From Eledone cirrhosa (lineage: Eukaryota): 64,000 nucleotides of DNA. Positions within the stretch are counted from its first letter, which is position 1. Each line of letters begins with the position of its first letter. Positions 44,805-58,088 of this stretch are shown here, piece by piece. The notes below the pieces were generated by a model, which was not told the DNA's origin, searched no databases, and worked only from the letters and a program-made list of their open reading frames with translations. The DNA lies in NCBI GenBank assembly GCA_964016885.1, contig OZ024751.1, forward strand, positions 37,758,001-37,822,000, written 5' to 3'. The position numbers and the translations under genes are program-made.

Positions 44805-45435
44805 TTTCATACATACCTACAAAACTATATACACACCCAGATATATATATATATCAATGCCAAACACAGAATTATCATAAAATTATTAAGACAGCAGCAG
44901 TGGCGACCTAAGTATATTTATTTAGTCTGTCCATTATCTTCACTTAAAGAAGTATTATAGCAGTATCCCGTTTACGAAAATCCATTAAGGGTTTCGTCAC
45001 GCAACGATATCAAGCTCGGCACGAAATAAATTTATTCTCGACATCTTTTAACCCTTGCTTCCTCCAATCAACCATTAAAATCGCTCGTCATAAATATCAA
45101 TCAAATGATAGCACGAAATGGTTGATGCAAACGGGATTTTTATAATGACGTTTTTCCGGGGATATCACCTCTACGTCCCCAATTCCCACCCCTCCCCTCT
45201 TCTTTACTTCAAACGTTCACCTCCGCTTTCATTTGCATATTAATATATGTTGTTTCTTTCGCTAAATATGTATAACCGAAGTAGTACATTAATCAGCATG
45301 AATTGAAATTAGGTTTGTTGAAGGAAGAGTTGAAGAAGCAGAATAGTAGCTGTAGTATTAGTTAATTAAGGTGCTACAGATGGTTGGTAGGCAAAGGTAG
45401 GTTTGATGTTAAGGATAGCAACGCTTTTCGTTGCT

Positions 45436-45491
<56 letters not shown>

Positions 45492-45496
<5 letters not shown>

Positions 45497-45591
45497 AACA
45501 AGTACTTGTTCCTATTACCCACTCTACTACCCTAAGTATTGAGTACTTTGGTGCGTTATGGTCCATCTGGTTCCTTACCACAATTTTTTCG

Positions 45592-45594
<3 letters not shown>
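45492..45594 (+). mobile_element. Family A copy (minimal fold-back + tail)
   Basis: Palindrome ataggaacaagtacttgttcctat followed by the family A tail; TA flanks. Confidence 0.88.
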
Positions 45595-45641
<47 letters not shown>

Positions 45642-45642
<1 letters not shown>

Positions 45643-45976
45643 TGTATAGTATATTTGGCAATATACCGTATATTTAATTAAACACATTTAGAAAACCATT
45701 CGCTATCGGTTTTAAAGTAGTTACTTATTTTCGACAAAGGCTGGGAGAATGGCTGCCAAATGTTTCTCGCCGTTTGGCGTTTATCAAAGACACGCATTCA
45801 CTTGCTTTTGCCGAAAATTATAGAAGCTGGATTCTTATGGAATTCCAGTAATAATCAGGAGCTGATTACACAGAGCGATTGCCGCTCCAGCAAATCTTAG
45901 GTATTAGTATTGGTGCGCTGAAATAGCGATGTATACATGAATATATGTATAGTATATTTGGCAATATACCGTATAT
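45642..45976. repeat. 32-bp direct repeats, 303 bp apart
   Basis: atgtatagtatatttggcaatataccgtatat at 45642-45673 and 45945-45976. Confidence 0.9.
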
Positions 45977-45994
45977 ATATATATTTATATTTAT

Positions 45995-46152
45995 TTTTGA
46001 CCGTCGGTCAGTCAATGGCAACATTGAGGACCGAATAAATTAGATTACCGATATAAAAGACACAGAAGCGAAAAGCGAAAACCAACTAAACAGTGAGTGT
46101 GTTCTGTTATTAATTCTGGCAATATTACACAAATATGACCCTCCCCAAGTAT

Positions 46153-46160
<8 letters not shown>
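45995..46160 (+). mobile_element. Family J TA-flanked element
   Basis: Ends accctccccaagtataacaata-(TA)n, as in 28652-28760 (-). Confidence 0.55.
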
Positions 46161-46192
<32 letters not shown>

Positions 46193-46243
46193 TAAATATA
46201 TATATATGTATTAAATATATATATATAGAGAGAGAGAGAGGGA

Positions 46244-46282
<39 letters not shown>

Positions 46283-47064
46283 GTATAATGCTTTCGCGGA
46301 ATTAAAATTCTAAAGTAAATTTTCTAGTACGGCCTTTTGTTGTTAGAGGAGGGGGGGTCTTTGATAGAATGTCTTCTTGTATATTTCTTAGCTTTCTCAA
46401 CTCTAAGGTCACACTGCACGGTTTTCAATTTTGCCTCACATTCTTGTAGGTACGACAAATAGGCAGTGAATACGTAAAAGGGGTTCTTATTCATCCTTTC
46501 TTAACAATACCAAGGGTGAGCAGATTTATAAGAAGCAAGGATCAGTCACCATTTGTAGATGCATATAAAAATATATGTGCAAAATTGCCTTTCTCTCTTT
46601 CTTAAGACAATATGGTGTTATGTTAAAGGGAGTTGGCTGCCTTTTCTAACAGGGCCCCGTTGGTAACTTTCTTGTAGAAATCTTATATTACTCAGTATAA
46701 CTGTTATAATACTCTGTATAACTGTAAGCGTAATGATATTGTGGCAACATTCAAACATAATACACACACACATATATATATCATACATAACATTCATAAA
46801 CACATTTGTGCAGAAATGAACACATACACACACGCATGTTTATGTATACATAAGTATATTTATATATGATGGAGCGGGAGTGAGGTACGATGTTTCTGCA
46901 TGTGAATATCTGTATGTGTTATGAGATGCTTGCGTGTGATATTTTGTGCCAGGATATATATTACGTGCAGAAATTATGCATTTATCAAATCGTGCTGTTC
47001 AATAATTCTTTCCATGAATATATATATGTATATAAATCAAATCCACACACACACACACATATAC

Positions 47065-47095
<31 letters not shown>

Positions 47096-47106
47096 TAGAT
47101 AGAAAT

Positions 47107-47138
<32 letters not shown>

Positions 47139-48209
47139 GCAAAAGTCGAATGGGGATAGAGTTTATGTAGGGCTGCTGAATATGTATACATGGTCCATTA
47201 TTATGTATATGAATTATATATATCATATATATAGAGAGAAAATGAAAGGGAGAATGGGAGAGAAAATGAGAATGTTAGATAAATATAGATGAGAGATAGA
47301 TAGATTGATAGATAGGTGTTCGTTATATATAAAATCTCCATGCCTCTATCTATTTATGTCTATATACATATGTATCTATATATGTATTGTTGTATTAATG
47401 CTAATGTATGCTTTCATATTCTTCGAAAGATATATGAGATATATAATTACAAATATGCGTATATATGCTTACAATACGTAATGTTTCAACAGCATTTATG
47501 TAAATATGGCCGACTAGGTTAATGACTAAGATAAGCATAAGAGAAAAATATACTCTTGATGTATATATAACCTGCTCAAGTATGATGGAAATGATGAAAT
47601 ATAAGTATGTTTTCTTTTATATACTGTATTATTATTCGTAATACATTCAAAACAATTATGGAACGTAAAACATTGGGACGATAAATATGTAGCTTATGAT
47701 TTATATTATATATTCAATAAAGCTGATAATCCATGTTGCTTTCAAAGCCCCTCATTCGACGTTGCTGTTGTTGTTGTTGGTGGTGGTGGAGCTGTGTATA
47801 ATCCGATATAGAAAATCTGTCATAAATGCTTCTACTTTCAGTGACGTTATATAATGATGTAGGCCGATTATGATAAAGAACGTGAGACATTACTAGGTTT
47901 TTATTTTAATTCATATTCTACTCCTGCTGGAACACACTATGCTGGATCCTCCTTCAGATTCAAAGATGGATATTGAGTTCTTTGAATAACTGAAGATCTA
48001 AATTTATAATGATTGAGGATTTTCATAGACATGAGTACACTTAAGAAAACTATCTACCAGAGCAACAAACGGGTCAAAATATGTGACAAATTTAGAGATT
48101 TGAATTACAGGTATTTGAATAGGTACATACATGTATCAACTTGTAAGGATTTTAATACAGGATTTCAATTAGAGGTACATAGATGTATGTATGTGTATGT
48201 AAAACTTAA

Positions 48210-48352
48210 TGATTTTCGGAAAGGGATCGGAAAGAAACCAGTTAAATAAGGTACTCAATACATTAACAGAGAAGTTCCATATTCATTTTATATAGAAATT
48301 ACGTCTATATGACTAGAAAAGTTTTATTTGTCTGAAATCATCAGGAATGCCA
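48210..48352 (-). mobile_element. Family C old copy with degenerate HHR
   Basis: Reverse strand: gcattc CTGATGA tttcagacaaat aAAA cttttctagtcata TA gacg ... atgtattgagtacctt. Confidence 0.65.
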
Positions 48353-49128
48353 GATCGCAAATATACCAAGAGTTACTTGCTTCAAATAACTACCTACGTT
48401 TGAATTCTATTTGCAAAATCTATTTAGTGAAGACAATTCTTCTTCAGATCTGATATAACATTAGATTGTATGATAGTGCCGCAACTACAAGTTGTATTAT
48501 ATTTTACCGATATCTATATCTTGTCATGTTAATTAAATTATTCTCAACATTTCAAAGCACAAGAACAAGTTAAATAGGTAATCCAAATGTCAGTTATAAA
48601 ACAAAAGAAAACATATATATTTTTCAAGATATTTCTTACGAAATGTATTTAACAATATGTCTACATTTTAATCCATTATACATTTATTAAAACACATTAT
48701 TAAATAACAAAACTAAAGGAAAATCTGTTTTGTTTTTATCAGAGAATAATATAATTTTTTCACGCATATCTCGATATTCTATGAAATATTGTGACGTGTT
48801 GTGTATTATGCAAGAGGCAAAGTACAACCCAGACCAATGTATTGTTGTGAAGCTGTTCAAATTATCTAAAACACATTAGGATGAGAGAAATAAGTTCTTA
48901 CATAGTTGAATCCTTACAATTGTTTCGAGACAAAGCTTTTCCTAAAACACAGAATTAGGCAAAGTAATCATAATAATATTAACGATAATAATTGTAATAA
49001 TATAAACAACTGGAATATTGTATATACTTTACGCTAGTTAATGTTTAAAAACGGTTATATTTCATCAGAAAATTAAACATCTGCGTCAAAGAAAAGTGTA
49101 GAGAGTCGCCAGAATATATATATATATA

Positions 49129-49237
49129 GCCTGCCCGCCCAGCCAGTGGGGTGGCGTTATCTTATAGCTAAAACAGCACGACGTACTGTGACCAGCGGCG
49201 CCAATTGGCGCTCGACAGACTTATGGTCAAGGTGATA
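49129..49237 (+). mobile_element. Probable SINE 3' fragment
   Basis: GC-rich agccagtggggtggcg...gctaaaaca...tgtgaccagcg...gtgata between TA tracts; assignment from memory of cephalopod repeats. Confidence 0.45.
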
Positions 49238-49266
49238 TATATATAAATATGTATATATATATATAT

Positions 49267-49337
49267 ATAGGAAACTTCCAGAAATAGCCGTCGAAACGGC
49301 TTGAGCTCTGCCGTCGGGGTCTTGAACTGTTTCCTAT
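49267..49337 (+). mobile_element. Family A copy (arm only)
   Basis: ccagaaatagccgtcgaaacggcttgagctctgccgtcggggtc...gtttcctat. Confidence 0.8.
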
Positions 49338-49511
49338 ATAAGGGTGAAAGCAGCGATTCTTTGCTTAAACTTTAATCTGTTATTTTAATAAATATTTGCT
49401 ATAGGCTTCTTATATATTTGATATATATTTATCCTTAACGAGCCCTCTTTGGATTTTAGTCTTCAAATTTATTAATATTTTATTATTATAATTATTATTA
49501 TTATTACTATA

Positions 49512-49550
<39 letters not shown>

Positions 49551-50137
49551 TGTGTGTATTTGGTGTGTGTGCGTAAATCTAGAGACACGTGTGTGTTTGG
49601 ACGTATTTGATACCTTATATGAATATATGTGGTGTGTGGTGTGTGCTAAATATTCGGGCTGATGTAATCAACTTATTTCTCACCTCCCAAACAAACTATT
49701 ATTGTATAATGATGTTTCTCGGCATAAATGATGTTTGGATGTAAGCTCTGCGAATATTGATAGAGATAATATTGATGCTGATGCTGCTGGTGGTGTTCTA
49801 TGTTGACTGATGTAGATGATGAAGGAGAATAAAGAATCTATTTGTTAAACACAGCAGTAGAAATATGTTTGTGAAAATTATGTGGGACAACGCCTACAAT
49901 TATGGGCCGGATGTTATACAATCAGAATATAGTAACAGCCTTGTGTAATGTTTCTTTGTTTATATCTGTCAACGGTTAACGGAACATAATCTCACGCACT
50001 AATACGCAAGAATTCACAGAGATGACGAACTCTAAAAAAAACACACGATACCAACATCTGTGTAGATAACTAAAAACTAACAACACAGGCGGCAAAATCT
50101 CCACATACGAATTCGTACATGACATATATGAATAGGC

Positions 50138-50174
<37 letters not shown>

Positions 50175-50177
<3 letters not shown>

Positions 50178-50337
50178 GGAACCAGTAAGACCCCGACAGC
50201 TGAGCTCAAGCCGTTTCGACGGCTAATTCTGGACTGATTCGGGGTCTTACTGGTTCCTATTACCCACTCTACTACCCCAAGTATTGAGTACTTTGGTGCG
50301 TTATGGTCCACCTGGTTCCTTACCACATTTCCTTCGT

Positions 50338-50340
<3 letters not shown>
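50175..50340 (+). mobile_element. Family A copy (asymmetric fold-back + tail)
   Basis: Same arms and tail as 289-484; TA flanks. Confidence 0.88.
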
Positions 50341-50410
<70 letters not shown>

Positions 50411-50597
50411 GTGTGTGGTGTGTGGTGTGTGTGTGTGTGTGTTCTACATAATTGGGTTTTTGTACATATGCAAATATGTCGATCACTGTGGCGCTCTCGT
50501 GAGCATGCGCACATTATTGCGAATATGAATATTCATATATATATATATTTCTTTGTATTCTATCCTATCCTTGATTAATGTGCATCTGCAAGCGTGT

Positions 50598-50676
<79 letters not shown>

Positions 50677-51113
50677 CTGTGTGGGAATCTACTGGAAATA
50701 GGCTTTTCACGAATAGTGTCCTACTTAGAAAATTTACATTAGATTATGTTTCCCATTATTAAGTCGGAAGGTACATGAGTATGTCCATATATGGATCTAC
50801 TTATGTGTGTCTGTACCTGATTTCTTCAAATGCTATGTTTTAGGAAGATGAGTCGTTAGCCCAATACCCAGCGATGTGTTCTTAAGCAAGATGTTTTATT
50901 TCATATTATTTTAGTAGACTCAGTTGAAAGTAGATGAGTTCTGCTTGTTATTAAAATTCTCAGCCGTGTCAAACACTGTGCCTTACTGAATCTTCCTGAG
51001 AACAATACTTAGTGTGCAGTGTCTGTGGAATGCTATGTCACGTGTTCGCTAGCTTCCCTAACAATTTGTTTTCCTCGTAGTTCAAGCTATAAAGCAACCC
51101 CTATATATATATT

Positions 51114-51150
<37 letters not shown>

Positions 51151-51202
51151 ATTTATATATATATTTATATATATATATTTATATATGTGTGTGTGTGTGT
51201 GT

Positions 51203-51258
<56 letters not shown>

Positions 51259-52233
51259 GTGTATGTGCGTGCGTGCGTGCGTGTGTGTGTGTGTGTGTGT
51301 GTGTGCGTGTGCGTGTGCGTGTGCGTGTGTGTGTGTGTGTTCTCTATCTGTAGTTGTGTTTATGGTTTATGCTTTATGGTGTATCATGTGTATAGGAATA
51401 CATCTGTATAATTGTGTGTGTATATATATATATGTGCTTACATATAAGTGTGTATAATCATGCATCTGTCTTTCTCTATCTCATTATATGTAAGGTTCTA
51501 TATATGCTTTATACTGGGTCATATTTTACAGAATGTGTATGTTATGATTGTGTATACATGTCTATCAGTGTTTCTCTATCAGTCTTGATGTTTATGGCTC
51601 CATACATGAGTTATGCTAAGGCATACGTACCTAACTATTCACATATGGATAATAGATCTCGTTCCCTTAAAGTAATCTTTGAATTTAGCACGCTACGCAT
51701 GTCTTTTTGCCATTGTTGTTGTTGTTAATTCCCATGCGTGTATATCCATTACAACAACAGTTACTCCGTTTCCAACGCTGCTGTCAAACAGGACCAGAAG
51801 CCAGCTTCGTATTATTATAGATGCCATGTTTGAAAACAAAGGGAAAAATATAAAAAATATAAATGATGTTATGACTGAGTCAATTGTTATGTTAATTAAG
51901 TTACCTCCCTTGTTTAGCAAGGATTAGATGTTAATAGGGTGAAATATTGAAACATTGCTACACAACAACGAACAGATACAAACAAAACAATAATTCATGA
52001 AAGGTGTAGAAGCTATGACACGCATTCTGATATACTGCAGTCATGTTTCTCCTTTTTATTTGTTTATTAATCTTCGTGGCTGTCACTTGCGTTTTACGTG
52101 TAAGAATAGAAATAGTGGAATACAATATAATGTATTTTACAATCAAGTCATATTCTTCATGTTTTAAATTTGGCGTAGGCATTGTATTTTAATGTCTGCC
52201 ATAATATTTCATTTAATCAATATATTTCAGTTC

Positions 52234-52350
52234 AGAAATATGTACCAGAATCTCTGTAGAATTGGCAGATACCAGAAGCTGTCTGCAATTGGCAGATATC
52301 AGAAGCTATCTGGAGTTGTTAAATACCAGAATTAGATTGGAATTGTTAGA
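52234..52350. repeat. About 27-bp degenerate tandem repeat
   Basis: attggcagataccagaagctgtctgca-like units. Confidence 0.7.
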
Positions 52351-52519
52351 TAAATTGTTAGATAAATGTTTGAGTTTCAGGAGATTTTAACCTATGATAG
52401 ACGCCGAGTCTTAAGCATATAAGTTTGGCAGAGTCCATCCCGCTCCAAATGTAAACACAAATGTTACTGTTTTGTTTTACTGAACGACTGATAAAGAGAG
52501 AGGGGGTAGGGATACAGGA

Positions 52520-52660
52520 ACATTTGAGCCCAGTACTGGAATGGTATTTTATTTATCATTTTATTTTCATCCTCGAAAGGATGAAAGCTAAGGATGACCT
52601 TGGTGAGATTTGATCTCAGAGCGTAGAGAGCAGAGTCGAATACTGCGAATTACCTCCGAC
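52520..52660 (-). mobile_element. Degenerate SINE
   Basis: cctcgaaaggatgaaagctaaggatgaccttggtgagatttgatctcagagcgta is the reverse complement of the SINE core. Confidence 0.65.
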
Positions 52661-52844
52661 GTGCTTTCTCACAGATAAGTGTACATATTGAAATATATCC
52701 AGCCTACAGTTCCACTTCTCTTATTCGGCAGAAGACATTTCAGCGCCGAATCTAATACAAGTGTTTCCAGTTGTCTGGCATTTCAATGTAATGTACCACA
52801 TATCTTTACACAATAATATTTACATCATGTGGGGAAATCCACGA

Positions 52845-53020
52845 AATGGCAGAATCTGTAGAACGAAAGATTTGAGTTCAAATCCCGCCGAGTTCAGCAT
52901 TGCCGTTCATATTTCCTTAGAGATAAATATATTAAGTACCAGTCAAAACCTACGTCAGATTGGATCGATATTTCACTTCCCCGAAATTGCTAGTCGTGTG
53001 CAAAATTTAGAAGCTATTAT
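52845..53020 (+). mobile_element. Older SINE
   Basis: tgagttcaaatcccgccgagttc...aagtaccagtca...aaattgctagtcgtgtgcaaaatttagaagctattat. Confidence 0.75.
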
Positions 53021-53034
53021 CTATATAGAAGATG

Positions 53035-53236
53035 GATCTATAAAGGGCGATGGATTGGCAGTATCGGTAGAGGGTCGGACGCCATGCTTTGACGCATAGA
53101 GTTACGGCCCTTGTCATTCTGAGTTCAAATCCCGCCGAGGTTAACTTTGCCTTTCATCCTTACGGGGTCGATAAAATAAAGTACCAGTAATACACTGGGT
53201 AATTGCTGGCCTTGTGCCAAAAGTAGAAACAATTAT
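53035..53236 (+). mobile_element. Full-length SINE with 19-bp target-site duplication
   Basis: B box gagttcaaatc, Meta-like core; attatctatatagaagatg at 53016-53034 and 53232-53250. Confidence 0.9.
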
Positions 53237-54076
53237 CTATATAGAAGATGAGATAGTAAGGTAATCATACATTTGAAGAACGTGGTACGTAAGTTTAATA
53301 AATTGGCTTCCATCTGAAACAGAAACATAAACCCCAACACTCTACTGACTTGGAACTTATCTCTTACTCTCTATTATATATATTCTCCAGTTTTTTTTTA
53401 TTTCTTTGAAGCAAAGTTATAAAAGCAATGGAATCATAGTAACATAGAGACATTCTTCGGCTAAATAATCTTAGCAATCTTGTACTAAATCCATCCTATC
53501 AGGTGCTGCATTAAAACATATATTCATTCAAGCTGATTTCTAGATATATCTTGTCTTATACAGTTGTAAATCTAACTCCTCTCTGAAAAATACATAGATA
53601 AACCATACCTTATACAAACTTATACTGTATGCAAATCTACTGTTCCTGCACTGCCATAAATCAACTTGATTCCTTTTCTCTACTATAAGCACTATGCAAA
53701 GTACATTTAGCCATAAATATGTCAATGTTCAATGGAATTGGAAGAAAAGAAGCAAGCAAGCAAGTAAGGTATCTGTGGTAGTTGCTCGTGTTTTTCAATG
53801 TTACTCAAATATTCTTCATGAATCTCACACGATTTTTATGTTTAATGAGCGTTCCGTATATTAAGACCAAAATCTTATTGCCTCGCAATATATATATGTA
53901 ACCAGTTCAGTCCGAATTCCATCAACTTTGATCGTCTCAAATAACTTAAGAAATAACTACCACAGCCATCATATACATAGGTATACGTATTCAAACACCC
54001 ATATATAAGCGTGTACATATATGCATACATCCACACACACACACACACACAATATATATATATATTATTTATATCG

Positions 54077-54113
<37 letters not shown>

Positions 54114-54767
54114 GCGAGGAGGAAGGAGGAGAGAAAGAAGAGAGCGAGAGGGAGAATGTGAGAGATATCTTGAAAAATAATAGTACAGCGGAGAATAGAA
54201 AAAAAGATATGTCGACAAGGTACAAGAGAAGTAATCAGCAGGTATCAATTAAGATGCTGTCACCTTTCCTCGTCGAAAATGTCGGAGGCAAAGTTACTCA
54301 ACTCACCAACGGTTTAAAAACTGTGAGAACAAAACTCACGTTATTTGTTTTTCATTTTTTGTTATCTATCGACTCTAGCTTCCTGCTTGTTAGAAAGATG
54401 GACTCCCACCAACTTTAAGTCAGACTGATGTAGTTCCATTAGAATTTGATTAATACGAAATCCTCATTGGTTCCCCACCTAGCTGTCGTGTGGGAACAAA
54501 CTCTGCTCCATTTCTTTATCGATTGCCTTCGGATGTAGAAATTAATGTAGATGTAGAAAATATTTTCTCTAGAGACATGAAATAATATATTAATCTATCG
54601 AAGGGAAGGCCAATCCTTCATCTCCGAATTTGTAACATCTAAGAATACAAAGATATATACACATAAGTTATAACTTGGTAATCTATTAACATTTACTCCT
54701 ACTGACTTACTCGTATGGATTAAATGAACAGAATGAAGACAAAAGGGACATGCTACTATATATATAT

Positions 54768-54820
<53 letters not shown>

Positions 54821-54830
54821 AATATATAAT

Positions 54831-54995
54831 ATAAGTCAAAAGATGGTTAAAAGAGTTCCATGTATTTTATTATGCGCATTTCAAAAACAAATATCATCAT
54901 ATGATGATATTTGCGTTCTCATCAGATAAAATAGGGAGACATGATATGAAGCTTGAAAATCACTTGCGAGCAGTGAAGTGTTAAATCAACATATG
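54831..54995 (-). mobile_element. Family D HHR element (arm only)
   Basis: Collinear with 56179-56344; abuts TA tract. Confidence 0.82.
54863..54933 (-). ncRNA. Type I hammerhead ribozyme, family D copy 1
   Basis: Reverse strand: tattttat CTGATGA gaacgcaaatatcatcatatgatgatatttgttttt GAAA tgcgca TA ataaaata; perfect 8-bp stem I, AUGCGCAU palindrome; cleavage between 54871 and 54870. Confidence 0.9.
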
Positions 54996-55027
54996 AAAAA
55001 TAAAATAAGATGGATATATGACATATA

Positions 55028-55085
<58 letters not shown>

Positions 55086-55109
55086 TATATGTACACGCTT
55101 TTATGTTAG

Positions 55110-55149
<40 letters not shown>

Positions 55150-55339
55150 CTAACAGACGCAAGTGGTATTCATCTAATTAAGGTGTAACAGATAATGTTG
55201 ATAGAACATAATACACCCTAATAGAGGTAGATTCTTAATAATATAAGGCTTTAGGTTTTGTGAGAGGCATCAGCGAAGCATAGATTAGCAATTACTGTTT
55301 TCTCTCTCACGCAAGAAGACATAGAGAGGGGGAGGGCAA

Positions 55340-55385
<46 letters not shown>

Positions 55386-55389
<4 letters not shown>

Positions 55390-55669
55390 GGAAAAAGTGA
55401 AACGAAATTTCATTTCCCACTCTTAGTACGGCTGTTACTTAAATATAAGTATGTACACGTGCATACATATATGTATGCAGACGTACAGTAGTATGTATAT
55501 ATATATATATATACATATATGCACACATATATATATGTACGTATGGATTCACCGTACATTTATTATAATGCTCGGTGTGTTTGTAAACAAACATCCCGTA
55601 TTAAGCCGTACAGTGTCTAGCAACCATCGTTGCTCGTTTGTTCAACACTGACAAAGGAACGCTGTACTA
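55386..55669 (-). mobile_element. Family F copy with tail, 5'-truncated inside the HHR
   Basis: Reverse strand starts tagTA-cagcgttcctttgtcagtgttgaacaaa, matching 3227-3260; tail matches 3011-3054. Confidence 0.75.
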
Positions 55670-55787
55670 TTTCCATGAGTAAAAGATCTTGAGAGGAAGA
55701 CTAGGCTCGTCTCTCTCTGCTGGTAAAAACCACACTTGGAATGTGTTCTGTATCCTAGTATTACTTATATTATTCCCAGTTGAAACG

Positions 55788-55790
<3 letters not shown>
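55668..55790 (+). mobile_element. Family G repeat copy 1
   Basis: Closely similar to 57348-57468; ends gaaacg-(TA)n; orientation assumed from the TA end. Confidence 0.7.
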
Positions 55791-55825
<35 letters not shown>

Positions 55826-56011
55826 TGTATATGTATGTATATTCCGATGATTTGATTAGGCATACACTGTATTTAAGGTCGAGTGACACAACTTCGAGTG
55901 ACACAACTTCGAGTGATTAGCGGCCTTTAGACACACCTAATCAGTGAAACAATTGTTAATACTGTAAATAAAACTCTTTTTGTACTGTTGACCATGTTAT
56001 TCTTCACTCTT

Positions 56012-56085
<74 letters not shown>

Positions 56086-56211
56086 GTAGGAGGTGAGTTT
56101 TATTGTAGTACAATAAAGCAATGCAGATATCGGATAAGAAGCACTCTACAGTTTGTAGGACTGGAGTATACATAATATATAAGATCAAAAGATGGTTAAA
56201 GGAGTTCCATG

Positions 56212-56282
56212 TATTTTATTATGCGCATTTCAAAAACAAACATCATCATGCAATAATATTTGTGTTTTCATCAGATAAAACA
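56212..56282 (-). ncRNA. Type I hammerhead ribozyme, family D copy 2
   Basis: Reverse complement of 56401-56471. Confidence 0.88.
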
Positions 56283-56400
56283 AGAGAACATGATATGAAG
56301 GCTAAAAAACACTTGTGGATAGTGCAGTTTTAAATCAACATATGTTGATTTAAAACTGCACTATCCACAAGTGTTTTTTAGCCTTCATATCATGTTCTCC

Positions 56401-56471
56401 TGTTTTATCTGATGAAAACACAAATATTATTGCATGATGATGTTTGTTTTTGAAATGCGCATAATAAAATA
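56401..56471 (+). ncRNA. Type I hammerhead ribozyme, family D copy 3
   Basis: tgttttat CTGATGA(56409-56415) aaacacaaatattattgcatgatgatgtttgttttt GAAA(56452-56455) tgcgca TA(56463) ataaaata. Confidence 0.88.
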
Positions 56472-56499
56472 CATGGAACTCCTTTAACCATCTTTTGAT

Positions 56500-56619
<120 letters not shown>

Positions 56620-56868
56620 TAGACAGACAGACAGATATATAGGGATAGCACTCAAGTATAGACTTTTCCTTACTTTCCAACTTAGACGAGTCTTTTGCCA
56701 GAAAAATCCATTTTATTCTCCTTTTTCATAATGGTTCTTTCCCAGTCTATATTAACTAGCATTGAATATCGAACGGATTACTTCAGCATCGATGAATCTG
56801 CTAGGCTTGAAGCCACCAAATATATACAAAGAAAAGAAATCAATTATCCAAATATATATATATATATA

Positions 56869-57061
56869 TAACGAAGGAAATGTGGTAAGGAACGAGATGG
56901 ACCATAACGCACCAAGGTACTCAATACTTAGGGTGGTAGAGTGGGTAATAGGAACGAGTAGGACCCCGACGGCTGAGCTCAAGCCGTTTCGACGGCTAAT
57001 TCTGGAGTCCAGAATTAGCCGTCGAAACGGCTTGAGCTCAGCCGTCGGGGTCCTACTCGTT

Positions 57062-57066
<5 letters not shown>
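56869..57066 (-). mobile_element. Family A copy (perfect 59-bp fold-back + tail)
   Basis: Arms 56948-57006/57008-57066; TA flanks. Confidence 0.9.
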
Positions 57067-57095
<29 letters not shown>

Positions 57096-57347
57096 TCTTT
57101 TTGAACTTTTGTGTTGTCGCTTCCTTGAATTATATATATATAAATATATATGTATGTAAGGCGGTATATATAACATGAACTATGACACTAATAACCTTTT
57201 GAAATGGTTTCAAATCTAGGTATAGAAAGGCAACCATCTATAATAAGGGTTAGATCAATTAGCTACAAGGCATTTTAACTCAGAGCCTAAAGAACACGAA
57301 AACACACTGAAAAATATAAACGATTAGAAATAAAATTCGGTCAATAT

Positions 57348-57468
57348 TATTTCCATGAGTAAAAGATCTTGAGAGGAAGACTAGGCTCGTCTCTCTGCTG
57401 GTAAAAACCACACTTGGAATGTATTCTGTATCTTAGTATTACTTATATTATTCCCAAATGAAACGTAT
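57348..57468 (+). mobile_element. Family G repeat copy 2
   Basis: Matches 55668-55790. Confidence 0.7.
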
Positions 57469-57636
57469 ATGTATATATACATATATATATATATACACAA
57501 TATATGTCTCTGTCTATCTATATATATACATATATATACAATATATATATATATATAGATAGACAGAGACAGATATATATCGGTTAAATATTGATTCATT
57601 CGCTCCATGTATCAAACCTAGAAATGGTGTATGTAT

Positions 57637-57706
<70 letters not shown>

Positions 57707-58053
57707 GCTTGCGCAAGTACATATGAGCTTTCGATATTTAGGCTGCACACTCGGTTATATGTAATGGGATTCTTGATGCTAGATGCCATTCTACCCACAT
57801 TTGCTTTGTGTTACTTAAATATATGTAAGTATGTATGTGTGTATGTGTGTATGTATGTGTATGTGTGCTGATTTATATGGCGAGAAGAGAGAAACGTTTA
57901 CGTGGGTGTAGGCTGCACATTTCTATTGATCGTATCGACATATAAATGCATCACCAGACATGCTTACGTAACTTTACTCGTACGTATATCTTTTTTTCCC
58001 TCTGTCTGTGCTAAGCATAACACATAAACACACACATTCAAATACACACACAA

Positions 58054-58088
<35 letters not shown>

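Noticed and set aside
53540-53725. Signal-peptide-like ORF MTYLWLNVLCIVLIV...
   Set aside because: TTG start, short, and no supporting exon chain.
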